This document shows positions 63,716 to 64,000 of a DNA stretch of 64,000 nucleotides, piece after piece (within the stretch, counting starts at the first letter, position 1; each line of letters begins with the position of its first letter). The stretch spans positions 5,162-69,161 of the IMG/VR virus record IMGVR_UViG_3300043395_002542. One strand, given 5' to 3'. The position numbers and the translations under genes were made by a program. The notes under the pieces are model-generated. The model had not been told where the DNA came from, did no database searches, and saw only the letters and a program-made list of their open reading frames with translations. Source of the stretch: a virus.

Positions 63716-63987
63716 TGGTTCCCCCAGCGGGAAAGGACGGCGCGGGCATACTCCAGTGCTGAGTGGTTCAGGCAGACGCGAAAGATGCCGGGTTTGACCT
63801 GGCCGCCAGTCGCGTCGCTGCAGACATTGGCTGCATAACTGAACTCATCCCGCATGGTCTCGGGCATGAGATCCAGCAGCTCTTTATCGGTAGGCTGGTC
63901 AGCGACAGAGGCCGGTTCCCTGCCATCAGGCACAGCCGGTTCATCTGGCTCGATGACGGGGCGGTCCCAGCAAGCGACCGCTCGCAA
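63712..63987 (-). CDS. Hypothetical protein (probably truncated by window edge)
   Basis: PTDKELL...YARAVLSRWG motif. Confidence 0.6.
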   Translation of the reverse strand: MRAVACWDRPVIEPDEPAVPDGREPASVADQPTDKELLDLMPETMRDEFSYAANVCSDATGGQVKPGIFRVCLNHSALEYARAVLSRWGNQ

Positions 63988-64000
63988 CCCTGCAAGCCAG

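Noticed and set aside
1-64000. Alternative genetic code or modified-base (e.g. purZ, 7-deazaguanine) system
   Set aside because: Core genes are intact under the standard code with all three stops used; no base-modification enzymes recognised in this window

Overview
The window is a ~64 kb piece of a tailed dsDNA phage genome with siphovirus-type tail genes. The host is most likely a cyanobacterium (Synechococcus/Cyanobium-like), judged from a cyanobacterial-type AbrB regulator, an RpoD-like sigma factor and a cyanobacterial-type primase Zn finger. No integrase or host genes were seen. Layout: DnaB helicase and Zn-finger gene (0.1-2.2 kb). About 30 small early genes organised as cassettes behind a repeated (G)AAATTTA(G/C)TTGACA promoter (3-13.8 kb). 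A split packaging module: TerS-like gene, RepL-like HTH gene, AT-rich 17-18 bp tandem array, GC-rich two-gene island, then TerL (13.9-18.1 kb). Head, tail, fibre and lysis genes on + (18-54 kb). A minus-strand regulatory, nucleotide-metabolism and recombination block (54-64 kb): sigma, tRNA-Leu(UAA), tRNA-Ile(UAU), Dcd, HNH, ThyX, MazG-like, AbrB, RusA, dNMP kinase, SSB, exonuclease. The most interesting unexplained signals are non-coding: a ~225 nt multi-pseudoknot RNA or attenuator candidate between ssb and the dNMP kinase, GGC-NGT-GCC hairpins in the capsid and tail-tube leaders, a GUGGGG-repeat sRNA, two ~82 bp inverted-repeat elements, the origin/terminus-like array, and a tail-chaperone frameshift that must be +1/-2 rather than -1. 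All assignments are by eye from motifs and gene order; no database searches or folding programs were run.
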